Shown here: in pieces, positions 49,640 to 63,000 of the stretch
How the letters are laid out: each line of letters starts with the position of its first letter
How positions within the stretch are numbered: the stretch's first letter is position 1
Assembly: GCA_020536535.1 (NCBI GenBank)
Contig: JAHLWZ010000821.1
Coordinates: forward strand, 1-64,000
Source of the DNA: Pelomyxa schiedti
Lineage: Eukaryota > Protista > Evosea
Reading direction: 5' to 3'
Length of the DNA stretch: 64,000 nucleotides
The notes under the pieces: generated by a model
What the model saw: only the letters and a program-made list of their open reading frames with translations
What the model was told of the DNA's origin: nothing
The model's database searches: none
Program-made: the position numbers and the translations under genes

Positions 49640-51708
49640 TTAGTTGCTGGAACTGCTGGAGCTGCTGATGGAGGGAGTGGAAAGGCCTCGCACTAGATTA
49701 GAGCAGTGCTTTTGAATGGTGTCATTGTGTGGGTGTTCTTTTTGTATGGAGGTAAACAGTGGCACCTGGGGTACCAACGCCGTCTTTCCATCTGCAAAGG
49801 TAATTAATTAGCCTTGTGCATTTTTCTTAATTGACAACCACCTGGGAGAAATGAGAGTGTCCACATAAGAGTGCAGGCGCGTTCCAATAGAGCACTCTGT
49901 GAAATGTTTTCTTGCATGGACACCAAGAGAGCGGGTAGTTCGGCAGCTATTTGAATTTTTATGGCTGTATGGCATCGTATCAGGGAAAGTTCATGTGACT
50001 GAAGGAAATACTCTGGTTTATAGCCAAGTTCCATAATGCCCCAAATGCCTCCTGTTGAACAACTAACGCCTTATGACCCTTTATGGCAGACAAAACACGA
50101 TGAGTAATCTCGGTGAGAACCTCATTGCCTTGATGAAGTTAGATGCTGGAATAATCTCTTAATTATTAAATAGTGGCGATTTGTTCAAAAGTCATTTAGA
50201 CATGCCTAGGTTAAAAAAGAAAAATGAAATGCTATTAAAAAGTCGGGAGCCAGTCTCTTGTATAGCAGAATTTTTTCGGTAGGTTTTCATGGATTCGATT
50301 ACAGGTGCAAGGCACCCGCCATTCACAATTTGCTTTTGGTGGTCTAAGATGCAGTCTGCACGGTTACACTAAGTAGAGAGGAACAAACCTAAGGAGTTTG
50401 CTGCAAGTTTCGCCAGAGCACCTATGGCAACTTCTTGTACAACAGCACTCGAAGCATGGGCAGTTAGGGCTGTAAGTAAACACTTGATACCACCTTCACG
50501 GACAATCTGCTCCTGGTTCTCTTTAAATACCGTGATGAAAATAGTCGACAGGGATATCAATGGAGAAACCTCTGTTTGCCGCCATATTGGACAAAGCACC
50601 TGCAGCTTTTTTTTGAACATCAGCTATTGTCTCATGTGCCCTCATTGCGTCCAGTAAAGGAATTACAGCCCCTTCTTGTCCCATCTTTTGCTGAATTTCT
50701 TCAAAAATGAGGAGAAAGTAAGCTGTCATTACTCCAACTTTTTTTGAAAGAACCTGCGTTAACTGTGAGGTTCCACAAGGCTCCACAGGCCATTTTCTGA
50801 ACAACAGCATTCTTCTGGTGTTCTCTCATCGCAGCAATAATAACACTTATGGCACCGTCATTTGCAATGCGGGATTTATGTTCTTTAGCAGGTTGAGAGA
50901 AAGATGAGACAGTCACTAAATACCAGCGTTTTTGAAGGCTAGGTTGAGCAAGACAAAACACCCGTTCTCTTGAACGATTGTATTTGTTATGTGCAGGCGC
51001 ATTGCTGTGAGAACAGAGTCAATACCACCACCATCCACAATTTGTTTCTGATTATCTGAGGGAGCGTTAGGGAGGAAGCAGGCCAACTTAGCTGCCTTTG
51101 TCCCTTGCAAGAATTCCCAATGCCCCACAAGCCTTGGATTGGAGGTTCACATTCTTGGAATAAATCTTCATAGCTTCGATAACGCATGCCACACCGTTTG
51201 CAGCAGCAATAAGTGCATGATTTTCTGTTCACTTGGTGTAAAAAATGGAGAGATACACCGCCCATAGTTCGTGCTGTGTAAGGTGAAAGAAGTGAGTAAT
51301 ATTACCTGCATCATTGGCGAGCGTCTTCAAGTCCTCACAGCACTTTTCCTGAACCTCCACATCCTTCATGTTCGCCTTCATCGTAGACAGAACGCCAGAC
51401 ACTGTCAACTTTGGAGTCTTCGCAATTGTGGCTTTAGGAGCCGTCGCGGGCGCGGCAGCCGATCGTGCCGGGGTTTTCACAGGAGTCTTTGGTGGCGTTC
51501 CGGCTTCGTTGGAGGCCGCTGTCGACGAAGAAGGGGGCTGCGAGGAAGAAGTTGATGACGCATTTGAGGATGTAGCGGTAGATGCGGACTGGGAACTGCT
51601 TGTCGACACTGATGTCCTTGCCCTTTTGGTAGATCTTGGGGGTGCTGGCTGTTCGTCGGTGTTTGATTTGGGATCTTCTGTCGTCGTGGCCTTGCTGGAA
51701 CTGCTCAT
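49640..51708 (-). CDS. Armadillo-repeat protein (aardvark-type repeats)
   Basis: Repeats such as GAISVIIAAMREHQKNAVVQKMACGALWNL, about 9 in total; TAA at 49640-49642. Confidence 0.9.
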
Positions 51709-52003
51709 TTTAATTTTTTTTTTCTTCTTTTGTTGCGTTTTAGTGCGTTTTTTTGTTTTTTTGTTCTTTTAGAGGAATTAAGAGATCGAAGGGGCTAAAC
51801 AATCTGCTACTGGCCTTTCGGTTTTTGCTCAGTGCTTCACAGTCTTACTCACTCTCGAGTCCACCCGTGACCACATTGTAGTTTCACTGGGGACTTCGTT
51901 TCCCAGTCCAAGCTCCCAACAGTTTGGGTCTCTGCCGAACAGATACTTTGAAGGAATAGAACAGAAAGCAAGTGGTTTCTTTTTCTTTTTTAGCTACCAG
52001 AAG

Positions 52004-52412
52004 CTAAAAAAAGCTATCTTCGGTGTCCTTGTGTCTGTTTTGAAGGCGTGGTTTTTTAGGTCGAGGTTCTTTCGCTTTCGACGACGACGATGTAGTAGTA
52101 GTTGTTGAGTAGGATGATGACTTGTGGGTGGTTGCCGCCACCTCGCTTTGGGCTTGTGCTTTGAGCTTCTGCAGGCGCTTGGCACCCATTTTGTCAGATG
52201 TAGCGTTGGCAGCAGCACTTCTTTGTGCCCTGCCTCCACCACCGTTGTTGCTGTTGTTTGGTTTGGGTTTCTCGTCATTGGACTTGATGTGCGCTGTTGC
52301 CGGCTTTGGGGGTGGTTCTGTGCGGTGGACTGAGAGCCGGTGGGGCTTCTGGCCGAGGTTGTCAGAGATTGGCTTGTGTGGCTTTGCCGGACGTGGGGCC
52401 GTGGGTTCTGTG

Positions 52413-52463
<51 letters not shown>

Positions 52464-55400
52464 ACAGGAGGGGGCTGTTGTATTTGAGCTGAGGAGGCGC
52501 TTTCAAGTGCTGCTGTAGTAGCTTGCTGTTGTGGTTGCGGTTGCGGGTCGGTCTGGTGTTGTGGCTGTGGCTGTGGTTGTTGTCCTGGTGGCGGGGCTGT
52601 GGATAGTGATGGTGATGATACTTGTTGGTTGGGTTGTATTTGTACTTGCTGTGATGATTGGTCGAGGGGTTTAGTTGGTTGGGGCTGTGGTTGTGGTTGT
52701 GATTGAGCTTGTACCTGTGGCTGTGGTACATTAGGTTTGTTACTGGGTTCGACGACTGGTTGTGAGTGTTTTTGTTGATATAGTATGGCCTCCTGTAAGT
52801 CGAGCTTCACTGCTGGATGTGTGATATCGTCGTAGCTGCGTACAGGGAAATCTATTACTGTTAAAAGGAAGAAGAACTGTGGAATAGTTACATGAATGCC
52901 TTGATTTGACGTGGGAAATAAAGGCATGCCAATTCGAGTCACTATTCAAGAGAGATGAATTCCCAACAACCCACAGAGCACAACGTGCTCGGGTAAGCCC
53001 TACATTCATTCTCCGGATATCAGCAAGAAAACCAATGCTATGGGCTATAGGTTTTTGTCCGTGAAACAAACAATAAAGCGGAAAAGCAACCAACAGGGGC
53101 CCTGACACAGGAAAAAAAAATAATATCCTTTTCTTGACCTTGGAATCCATCCTGTAATTTTGATAAATAGAGGAGGTACTGTGCCAAGTACACACCACAG
53201 TGTTTATTTCAATTTTATCAGTGTGGCCGCCAAGCTCCTTACGCACAGCCTCAAGGGAAGACTTTAATTCAATCTGCTGTTGTTTGTAAGGAGTAATGAT
53301 CCCTATACTCAATTCCTGAAGTACATGTGAGAAAAGTGCAAAATGGGAATAAGAGGAGACTTCAAATAGAGTTGGGAATCCATGATGTAAAGTAACCAGA
53401 AGATTCATCACTAAACCAGCCTCTATCCTATTGAAGTGTGAAGAATTGTGCTTCCCTTCTGTGCTCCCTATTGTATCAAAAAACATCAATGGTCTAAAAC
53501 GCTCGTCTGCGTGAAATGGCTGTGATGCCTTAGACCAACATCTAAAAAGTATGTATACCTTGGTATGTGTTTTATTTGTGATGGATAAGGCATCAACCAG
53601 TGATCCACCATAGAAGTGCATGGAAGGGAAAGCTCTAATATCCCAGTGCATTCGATACTGGACAGTGAGAAGGTTGCATTGAGCCTTGCAGTCTTTAATA
53701 CGCTGGAATAGACTTTGCTCATACTAGATTATGTGAGTATGTTGGAGCAGGAACACTACAAAAACCATGAATTTAACGGCAGTTTGGCTGATGACAGTGG
53801 CTGGGAGCTGGGCAGGGTCTCCAACAAGAATGCAACGCCTTGCATTATATTGAAGAGGAATTAATGTTGAAACTTCAACTGCCTCGAAGGTTGTAAGGTC
53901 ACTAAAAAAAGAGAGGAAAAAAAACTTGGGCAGCTTCGTCTATAATCACTGTCTCAAAGCCGTGATCAAGGCTACTGATCAATTCTGAACCACTATAGAG
54001 GAAGTGGGGAAATTTTATTCAGTATCGTACTTCTATTTTACCTGCCACTCAGAGTACAACATATAATATCTGCTTCATTGAGAATGGACATTCTTAGTGC
54101 GAACTTAGCTTTCTGTATCCTCTACTAATCGTAAGTGTGACACTAGAGTAGAAAAGTATACTTTTGGATGACTTCTAATACGTTGTAGGTGCATTTGTTT
54201 CTCATCCCTAACTTGTACACGATTCCGTATAAGCTGATTTATAGCCGTTGAGCGGGTTGGATTCTATACATAGTTAGAGGTTAAACATGTGAAGGGAAAC
54301 ACCTACATGCTCCTCTTTATTTGCTTGGCACATAAAGGCGATACTATCAGTGAGTTTTTGTTCCTGGGAAGTTAAGCTTGCCAGTTCTATGACAGTATGG
54401 GTTCATCATTAATATGGGTTTTACTGTACTGTCTTGTGCGTGCTTGAACTCTTCAATGGCAATAGCGACCTCTGAGCTATTTTTTCTACAAGCTTCTTCA
54501 AGAAGTGAATCCAGATGTAAGTCACGAACATTTGTATTGACATTGGATAAAATTCCCTTATGGAAAGTGAGGAATTTATCAAATTCTAGGGGTTTTACCA
54601 AACGAACTATTTTTGTGTTTTTCCTAAAAAAGGGGCTATTTTCAGCTAGCAGAGAGTTTTTCAGCCTCAAAGTAAGCGCGTCAACTGCCGCATTAGAAGG
54701 TGCACATATCAGCAAATGGTTTGTACTGGGGTAATCTTAAAATGCGGTAAGGAAAAACTCGATTTATCATGTGATGCAAGCAAACCCAACTGTAAGGACA
54801 CCTTACAGAAGTCGAGTTGCTAATAACTTGCTTTTTAGCATCACTCATTCTCAAAAGCACTGCTACAAGTCCTACTACTGTGTGTGTCTTCCCAGTACCT
54901 GGATGGAAGTGAACAAAATAAATAATTATAACAGCCCTACCAGGGGGGCCTTGCATCAACTTAAATCCCCCACCAGTAACACAGTTCTGCACCAAGGTCA
55001 AAGCCATTATACAAAGAAAAAAGTGCTTGCCTTGATAGCAGCTTCTTGTGGTTCATTGAAACTCAAGGAATGCAGAAACACCTCAACAGGAGATGACAAT
55101 TGGAGTGATGTAGGCGGATTCCTGGCAGTGCTGGAGTTCAATACATTGGGCAGCAGAGGAACATTGTTGCATTGCTGGAGGGCGTACCATTCACGGTTGA
55201 TGGTGCTCATGCTCGTCATACGCCACAGACTCCACTCTGAGTTGAGTAAAGTGACTTTTTTTGTCCTACATATTGTCACTAACCAATAATAGAGTTCTTT
55301 CCAACCTACCTGGGGTCAAGGTTGTCCAGGAAGAACTTGACTCTTATCTCTGTTGGTTTAACTTTGCTTGGCTCTTTCTCTTCTTCTACGATTGCGAACA

Positions 55401-58400
55401 AAGAAACGCTTCCAGGAACTGACTCCGCTCTTGGTGGCTGTGAGGACACAGTTTGTGACAAAAGAATGAGGTCATGAGGAGCCACTTCAGACGCTAGGTT
55501 ACTGTTGGAGCGAAGATGGAGAAACTGGAATTCATCTGTCCTTGAGACAGAAGCAATCTGAACGGTAAACCGCGGTAGCTCTAGAAAAAGGATTACAATT
55601 CAGAACTCGTTTCTCGGGAATACTAGGAGTAACCTGACACTTCCTCTTTGGCTTTTTGAATTTGAGCAATGAACTCAGCAAGCAACAGAGGTTCGAATAC
55701 TTCTTTATATTCCTGGAAGCATCTAAATGTACTCGGGACATTACGTAGTGCGCCACTGAGCTTTACCTCTGGTCATGCGTTGTGCAAAAAGGGACACAGA
55801 ACACACCTTGAATGGATCCAGGTTATTGTAATCCCATTTGAGAATCTTCTTGTGTAAATCAGCTGAAGGTCTATGTGGTACATTCCCCACAGGGGAATCT
55901 CGTGGTAATAATCTGTTGCTACTGGGTAGATCCAATAACTAGGAAGTACCGGAAGTTTTTAGCTTTGCTGGTGAAAGATAAGAACTAATACTTGGACTTT
56001 ATGGGTTGCTGATGCTTTCATTTTTCCAGTATGTGTAATCCTATCAGAGTCCTTGACCAGCTCCCCAAGGATATCATAATCATCATCCGGTCGGGTGAGT
56101 TTCCATTGAAGCCAACCCACACCCTTACGTTCTGTGTCGTTTAGTTTTGGGTTGTGAGTCGTGGCTTTTTACCAGGGAATGAAACATCATCTTCATCTGA
56201 ATCAGATTCCACCTCGACAGCTGCGGAACTCTTTGTATTGTGAGCTTGTAAGGGTTGTGTCTCTGTAGTTACAGGAAGGGTCTTAGGCACTTGTGCTACA
56301 AGTGCCGGTGCCTTTGGCAGTAGGTTGGGTGCAGGAACTGAATTACTAATAATGGAGGGTTGTGGGGGGTGTAAGGAGGGACTGGGTTTTGTAGAGGCAA
56401 ATTCACTTGTTGGTTTAGAGTTGACCAAGGTTGTAGGCTTTGGTAATACACTTAGAACTACAGGCAAGTATGAGGTTTGGTGAAGATTTGGCTCATTCGT
56501 TTTTGGTAAACAAGTGATTTTTTGAGTATGGATTGCTTCTGCTGTTAGTTTGGAAGTTGTTGTTGGGGCAAGGCTAGTGTCTAACGGTTCCAGCTTAAAT
56601 AAGCTACACAATGTTCTAGAAATGGAAGGATTCTTCACTGAGTCTTATGTCAAGATAACAAAAGAATAAACTGTGGGCCTTTACTGGAAAGAGAATTCAA
56701 ACATTTATCTTTTAATAGCTCTGGAGGTTCCAGGTCTTCACTTTTCAATACTGCATAGTCTGTTACTGCACATGTATAATTGACTTAAATGGACCTTGAA
56801 CTAAAATTGTAATGCACCCAGCATACGGTTCTTGCAATTCTTCAGATGACAACTCAATTTTAAGCAAGTTGATGAGCCATGCAGGTGGAGGAGACTCCAC
56901 AGCTGATGCGATTTTTGAACGACATAATGGCATCAATTGCTGAAGAAAATATAGCAGTGATACTAAAATGGGAGGGTGGAGTTCAGGTGCCTGCTTTGTC
57001 ATGAGTGGGAATTTGTCACAAGTGGCTTACTCTGGACAGAACAAATTGTTCCACAAATAACCATAAGTCTTTGATTACCAGAAGCATTGCTTTACAGGAA
57101 ACAGATTTCGGGATAATCACAGATAGGTAATCAAAAACAAGGTCCCAAGTGCTGTGTTTTGTTTTTTTCCCCAGTCACTCAACTCAATGCGCAAGTATTA
57201 AGGGAAAAGACCAAATACAATCCGAGTAACCAAGAAGACTCATGTCATCAAGAACTTGTTTGACCCCATACCAAAACGAAGGAAGTTGCTCAGTAGTCAA
57301 GGACTGTAGCATTTCGGGTACTGTGTGCTTGTTTGAGTGTCTGATAATTGTCAATTGAAATAGAGTAGAAGTAAAAAATACTTTAAAATGAAACTGGTTA
57401 ACATTTTTCGGGTGTCCGCATCAAGAGTTACAAGAGCACCAAATAATGAACAAAAGAAATCTTTGGAGCTAATGCAGTCGAGGTCCCCACGAAACAGTTG
57501 TGCAAGATTAGCAGAGTATTGTACCTTTAGAAGTTAAAAACAGCTTAATTTTGGCCATACCATAGGGCAGTCTTTTTCATGAACTGGGTTGAACATACAA
57601 ACGGTGACATGTGCAGTAAGAATACTTGTAACCGTAGATTTTGGAAGGATTCTGTGTGCTCTTCCAATGTTGTCCCACAGTGCAATGGCCCATCTACGGA
57701 ATATTAAGGGAGAGCTCTCAAGTATTAGTCGAACGTACCCATAGTCATCAAGTTCATGCATGCACCAACTCTTAATTGCCAGAGCTGCAACCAGTACTTG
57801 ATGGTCCAAAAAGGTTGTGGCCCCATTGGCATAGCATTTTGCAGCAACACAATCACCAGCAATTCTTCCAACCCAAAGGCCACTGTGTCTAGAAGAGGCA
57901 GAAATGACATCATGGGTGTTTAGGTTGGAGCCCCCTGTCAGTGGTGGCCTATGCCTGGTGCAATTTTTGTCCAACACTTCATATCCAACCTTAATGGCGG
58001 TGTCCTTGATTATTGGGGTGTAGGTGACAGCCGAGGCAGCTACAGCTGCTGAGCGTGGAAGTTGTTGTAGTGTACCAAAAGTAAAAGTGAGGATCATGTC
58101 TAAGCAACGGTCAAATTCTTCATTGGTAGTCGTTGAATTCAAAAGGTGTGGAAGCACAAGCAGGAGTCTTTAAAGGAGAATCACTTAGAATAAAGAGATT
58201 GACTCAAGAAGTGAACACACGCTTTCTGTATGTGTTCTGGGTGTACCGACATCTTCTGTAATAGACTCTTGCACACTTCACCACACGATCTATTAACATG
58301 CTTCCATGCCAGAGGACCTGGAAATTCATATCAAGATCACAAACGCTCCTTTAATTTTCCAGTCACATACCGATAAAATCTAAAATGCATCGCAAACATT

Positions 58401-59926
58401 GCAGAACAGGATATAATAAGTCATCAGGGCAGTCCAACACATTATTTATCACAATGAGAACAAAGGAAGGAAATTGAGCAAAAAAATAGTTCTCAAAAGT
58501 ATCTCGACCAAACGACTAGAAGGTGTCAATATTAACAAAGAGTTCATCCTACCTGTGTGAGAGTAGCAAGACCATTCCAAAAGCAATTTTTCTCAAGAGT
58601 GAATGCCGACTCTCTTTCAGTAAAATCATCAAATTCCAGGATTCCTGAATTGTATCAAATTTAAAAAGGCACCTCTCATACATACTCATGCACTCCTCCA
58701 CAACAGGTTTTATAATCTCAAAGTCGGCAACAGATAGAATTTTGCCAAATTTCTGCAATTGGCGTAGAGCCCATTCTCTGGGTACCAGTATTTTTGCATG
58801 AAGCCAGAGAGGAAGTACAAACTTGGGTACCTAACATGCACGTTCCGATGAAACATAAGTAAATATATGCCAGGCAATTTCTGTCCATCATCACGAAGCT
58901 CCACTCTACATTTTCCCAGAGAGAGTAATTTCTGCCCTGATTAGCGCGATATGCAACAAAAGTCGAGAGGAACATTTGTGAATGCATCATTAATAAATGT
59001 GTCATGAAGCAATTCCGGGAAGTTCAACACTTCAAAAAAGGCAATACTAGGGTTTCTCTCCATATTAGTAGTAATTCGTCTTCTCTTATAGTGATTAAGG
59101 AAGTAAATTGCAAACATTTCCTGAAGATAGTAGCACCCAAACAAAAGGATACATCCCAGTTTGCCCAACTTGTAAGTAGTGGTCTGAGTGAGCCCTCAGG
59201 CGTGTACTTGGTAACCCTGTCAATCAATCTCCGCTTGCCTTGGTGGTAGGCAGTTACACTATTTTGTCTGTTAGGCAGTATCCCACTGATGATAATATTA
59301 TATAGCCCCAAGGCATTCCATGCTCCTACTGATGAAATGTGTGTGAATTGCACTATGTACCATTCAGGGCACACTTGTAGCTGCTGGTCCATTAGTGAAA
59401 ATATCTTTTGCAAAGCACTCCAGGCATCAGAGTGGTCCTTGAACTTTTTTTCGTCCCTCATGTGCTGCTCGTTCAAAACTAGCAGAATTTCCATCGAAAT
59501 CTCGGAATATTTACACCAGGCGTGCCGCGGCCCGTTGTCGTCTTGCACTGACCCGCTCCCATAATTCGACGCCGAATCAGCGGCGGTGTCGCAGGATCTC
59601 ACGAGGAAAGGCACGGCGTGGCCTAAGAACTCCATGGCGCCCTCTGCCGTGTCCAACTTGGCCCAGAGGTGCTCGGGTATCCCATAACTCGTCTCTGGTG
59701 GGGCGGCCGCGTAGTCGTCGTGTGCACCACCCTCCCCGGTATCCTGTGGCGCCACGTCTTCCGCTTCTCCCGCTGACCAATCGTTTGTGTAATTGGGGGC
59801 CAATTGAGTCGCTTGCTCGTCCGCTGCAGAAGGTTCGTCGTCCCTGGGTTGTGCTTCTGTGCTCGCGGTGGTTGACGTATTCATAAACGCGCCGCTGGGT
59901 TGGGTCGCCTGAACATCGTCGTCCAT
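52004..59926 (-). CDS. SEN1: Sen1/senataxin SF1 RNA/DNA helicase, multi-exon
   Basis: LMQGPPG|TGKTHT, LICAPSNAAVD, IIDEAAQ|AVE, LVGDPAQLPATV, LTVQYRMH, GIITPYKQQ, DGFQGQEKD, IGFLADIRRMNVGLTRA; long helical N-terminal region. Confidence 0.92.
52415..52459. repeat. Perfect (TGC)15 microsatellite encoding poly-Ala15 in the Sen1 C-terminal tail
   Basis: Directly visible uninterrupted trinucleotide run. Confidence 0.95.
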
Positions 59927-60070
59927 TCGGGTTTATTAAATCTGATCTATAATCTCCCACGACTAGGTTTTGGCAAAACCCAAGTAGTACCGAATGGGTT
60001 CCCGTCCACAACTCCTGCCGAGTTTCAACAAGAAAAACCTGAGTCAGAGTTTGTTTCACCACTCTGTCAT

Positions 60071-63000
60071 TTATAAGAGCGGTTCTGTGAGTGGTGGGGA
60101 GAGAAGTGAGGATATAGGGGTTGTGGTGTTGCTGAGGTTGGTGGTGGGGGTGCTGAGAATCAGAGGTGAAGTGGTGTCTGTGGGGATGAGTGGAAATGGG
60201 GTGGGTGAGGTTGGTTGTGTTGGTGGTGCTGGGGATACAGGTACTACCTCGGGTGGTGTTGTGAGTAGAGAAATGATGGAGGGAGGGGGTGTGGTGTGGG
60301 TAACGTGGAGCGGGGTTTCCGTGCTGATTGGGGAGGATGACAGAGGTGAAGATAGTGGTGTGAATGTGAGTAGGGGTGAGAGCGATGGCATCGGTGATGA
60401 TGATAGTATGGGTGACGACGAGGGAGAAACTAAAGGGGATATCAGGAGAGAGGAAGACGCCGTAGATTCTGCAGTGTGAGAAGCTGCTTCTTCAAGTAAA
60501 CTGCTGAGAGCTTGAACTCTCTTTGTCCTCGTCCTGCAAGTTTGTGAGAACTCATTTGTACAGTTGTCTACAACTGTTTCTGAGCCTTATCCAATTCTTG
60601 TGTGTATGCAGCACACATTCGATTTGATGACCACTGCATCAACGCTGTCCACCTTGGCACTGTAATTAATTTCCCATTTCCCTCATAAAAATCTTACTTT
60701 AGTGCTGGTGATACAACTCGAAGAGCAACCGGCTGAACCCTCTCAATCTTTCTCACGTCAAAAAGAAAAGTGAAATGTCAATAGCTAGTACTTGTAGTCC
60801 ATGGAGGGGCACAACTTTCTCGATTGTTGTTATTCTTGTAGGGCGGGTACCACCGGAGAGAGACTTTGGTTTCTTATCAGGAGACTATTGAGGGAGAAAT
60901 GAGCATGTGTTATAGTTTTAGTGCATACAGAAGGCAATTCAATTTTGGAATCGAGCAGGGATATAGGGTCAGAGCCAATAATAATGTAATCTTCCAGAAT
61001 AATCAAAACTTTGGTTTCCGACTTCTTTGAGGATGGTACTACCAAAGTGAAGAGAACACATTTTGTGCTGGGATCTGGACTTATTAAGTAAGGTTGTGAA
61101 AAGGTGAAAATTACCCAAGTATAAGGAGTCGCCAGCTGATACAGAAGGGGGAGGCAATTTAGATATCGGAAGAGGAGATTCTGGTTCATGACACAAAAAG
61201 TTTTTGATATCACGTAGTGCCAAAAACACTTCCATTTCTTTTATGTCGGCGTCATGTGAAAGAGTGTTTCCTTTTGCCTGTGGCTTTGGGATCAATGTAG
61301 ACACGTCTGAAATTAAATCATCGACTCTAATTCCTGAGCAAAACTGAGAGTGCCATTTATTAGAAGTTTTCACTCGGTACTTTTGTAACGTGCTATCGCA
61401 TCTTCATAAATATCAATAAAATAATCACTGGCATTCTGAATTTTATCAGCTACAGTAGCCAAGCTTTTGTAGTAGACACTCTGCCAAGAAGGTGAGGTGA
61501 ATACGAATAAAGAAAAAGTACCTTGAGGGTGTGAATTTGTGCTGATGATATACGATTGGTGAAAGGAGTCTTGAACAAATTTACGGCCAATTGTAGAGTG
61601 ACCATGCTACATAAGTCATTTTTATAGAACAGTCAAAATGTTTACCTAAAATTCGTCCCATTTAGGAAACATCGACAAAGGTTCTGTACAACAAATGCTT
61701 TAACATCCTTCACCTGACACTAATTAGAGTGGTCAATTTTTCTCAGTTAACCCACAGAAGTATCAGGAAGCGCATCACGCTTCGATTCATCAAGCATAAT
61801 TTGGATTGGCGGCACCGTAATGGTATAGTCACATTGACTCGACGATTTCATTGCCAGGACAGCTAATGGTGTTGGTCAGTAAGGAGGGAAAATGGAGGAG
61901 GGCCACCTGGGTGCTGTAGGAATGAAAATAGAACAGTGGAGGCAGCATAGAAGAGGGGATCGTCACAGGATAGATAAGAAAGAATGGTTTCACGAAATGG
62001 ATTGGAGAGTGCAGGTGGACGAAGAGGATTAGGGGCAACTGCCACTGAGATTAGAGGACTGGAGCGAGTTAGGGTGGGTGTGAGAAGGGCATCTGGAAGA
62101 GGGGCAGGCACAGCATTCGGTGACAGCGGCTGAAAGTTCGTTATCCAGGAAGAAATAATACAGTGAAGGTCATGCCTTCTTGAAAGAAAGAGATATTGGT
62201 GTACTCGGAGTTACGTGAAAGAGAATGTTCACTAATGTAGTGAATAGGGCTTTGCATTTCAGGGTCAACGCTACTTGAGTGAGTACAAAAAGTGCAAATG
62301 CTGGGGACAGTCTGCTCTGCAGTATGAATGTTTAAGAGACAATATGATTCAGAAAATATACCTCCACAATTGCACCAGGAACAACTGATGTGCATACTTT
62401 CCCAATAACAAAATTTATGAGCAGCTGAGCCAGTAACTTATTCATTGGAACAATTTCCAAATTAAAAAGGTCTTGCACGTAATACAGTGTGTCTTGAAGG
62501 TCCACAAAGTGGGACTCAAGCCGAGATGTGGTCCCTCCAACCCTTCCAACAAATGAATGGGTTTTTTAATTATGAGTCTTACTGAGAGTGAATAAGGAGT
62601 TCGTCCAAAGCAATACATTGCGAGGCTATGTAAGCAACGAGTTTCTCAAAATATATGGAGGCGGGAGGGGAAAGAATAAAACTTCTCACTGAAGGTATGT
62701 CAACTGCAGGAGATTGATCAAATGATAGAATAGTGATGATATGTACGTTTGAAAACATTCATTGTCAGGACCCTTACCGCTGTTCTTATCATTGGTTCTG
62801 GGTGAGAAACAAATGATATGGCTTGTGTGTACAAAGCAAATGTCTTTTCTTTCTAATGACTATTAGCCAGGTAGAGAGAAAACAAAAAAAAAAGGTGAAT
62901 ACCTCGTTGAAGAAGAATTGAATGTACTTGTTGTCGAGCTTAAGGCTCAGCACCTTCAAAAATGACATGTAGTAGGCCAAAACTTCCTCATGAGCGAAAT

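Noticed and set aside
51785-51910. GAAGTCCCC and GGGGCT motifs with an ACTGGG/CCCAGT hairpin, suggesting RNase MRP RNA
   Set aside because: The two P4 halves lie on opposite strands, so the pseudoknot cannot form
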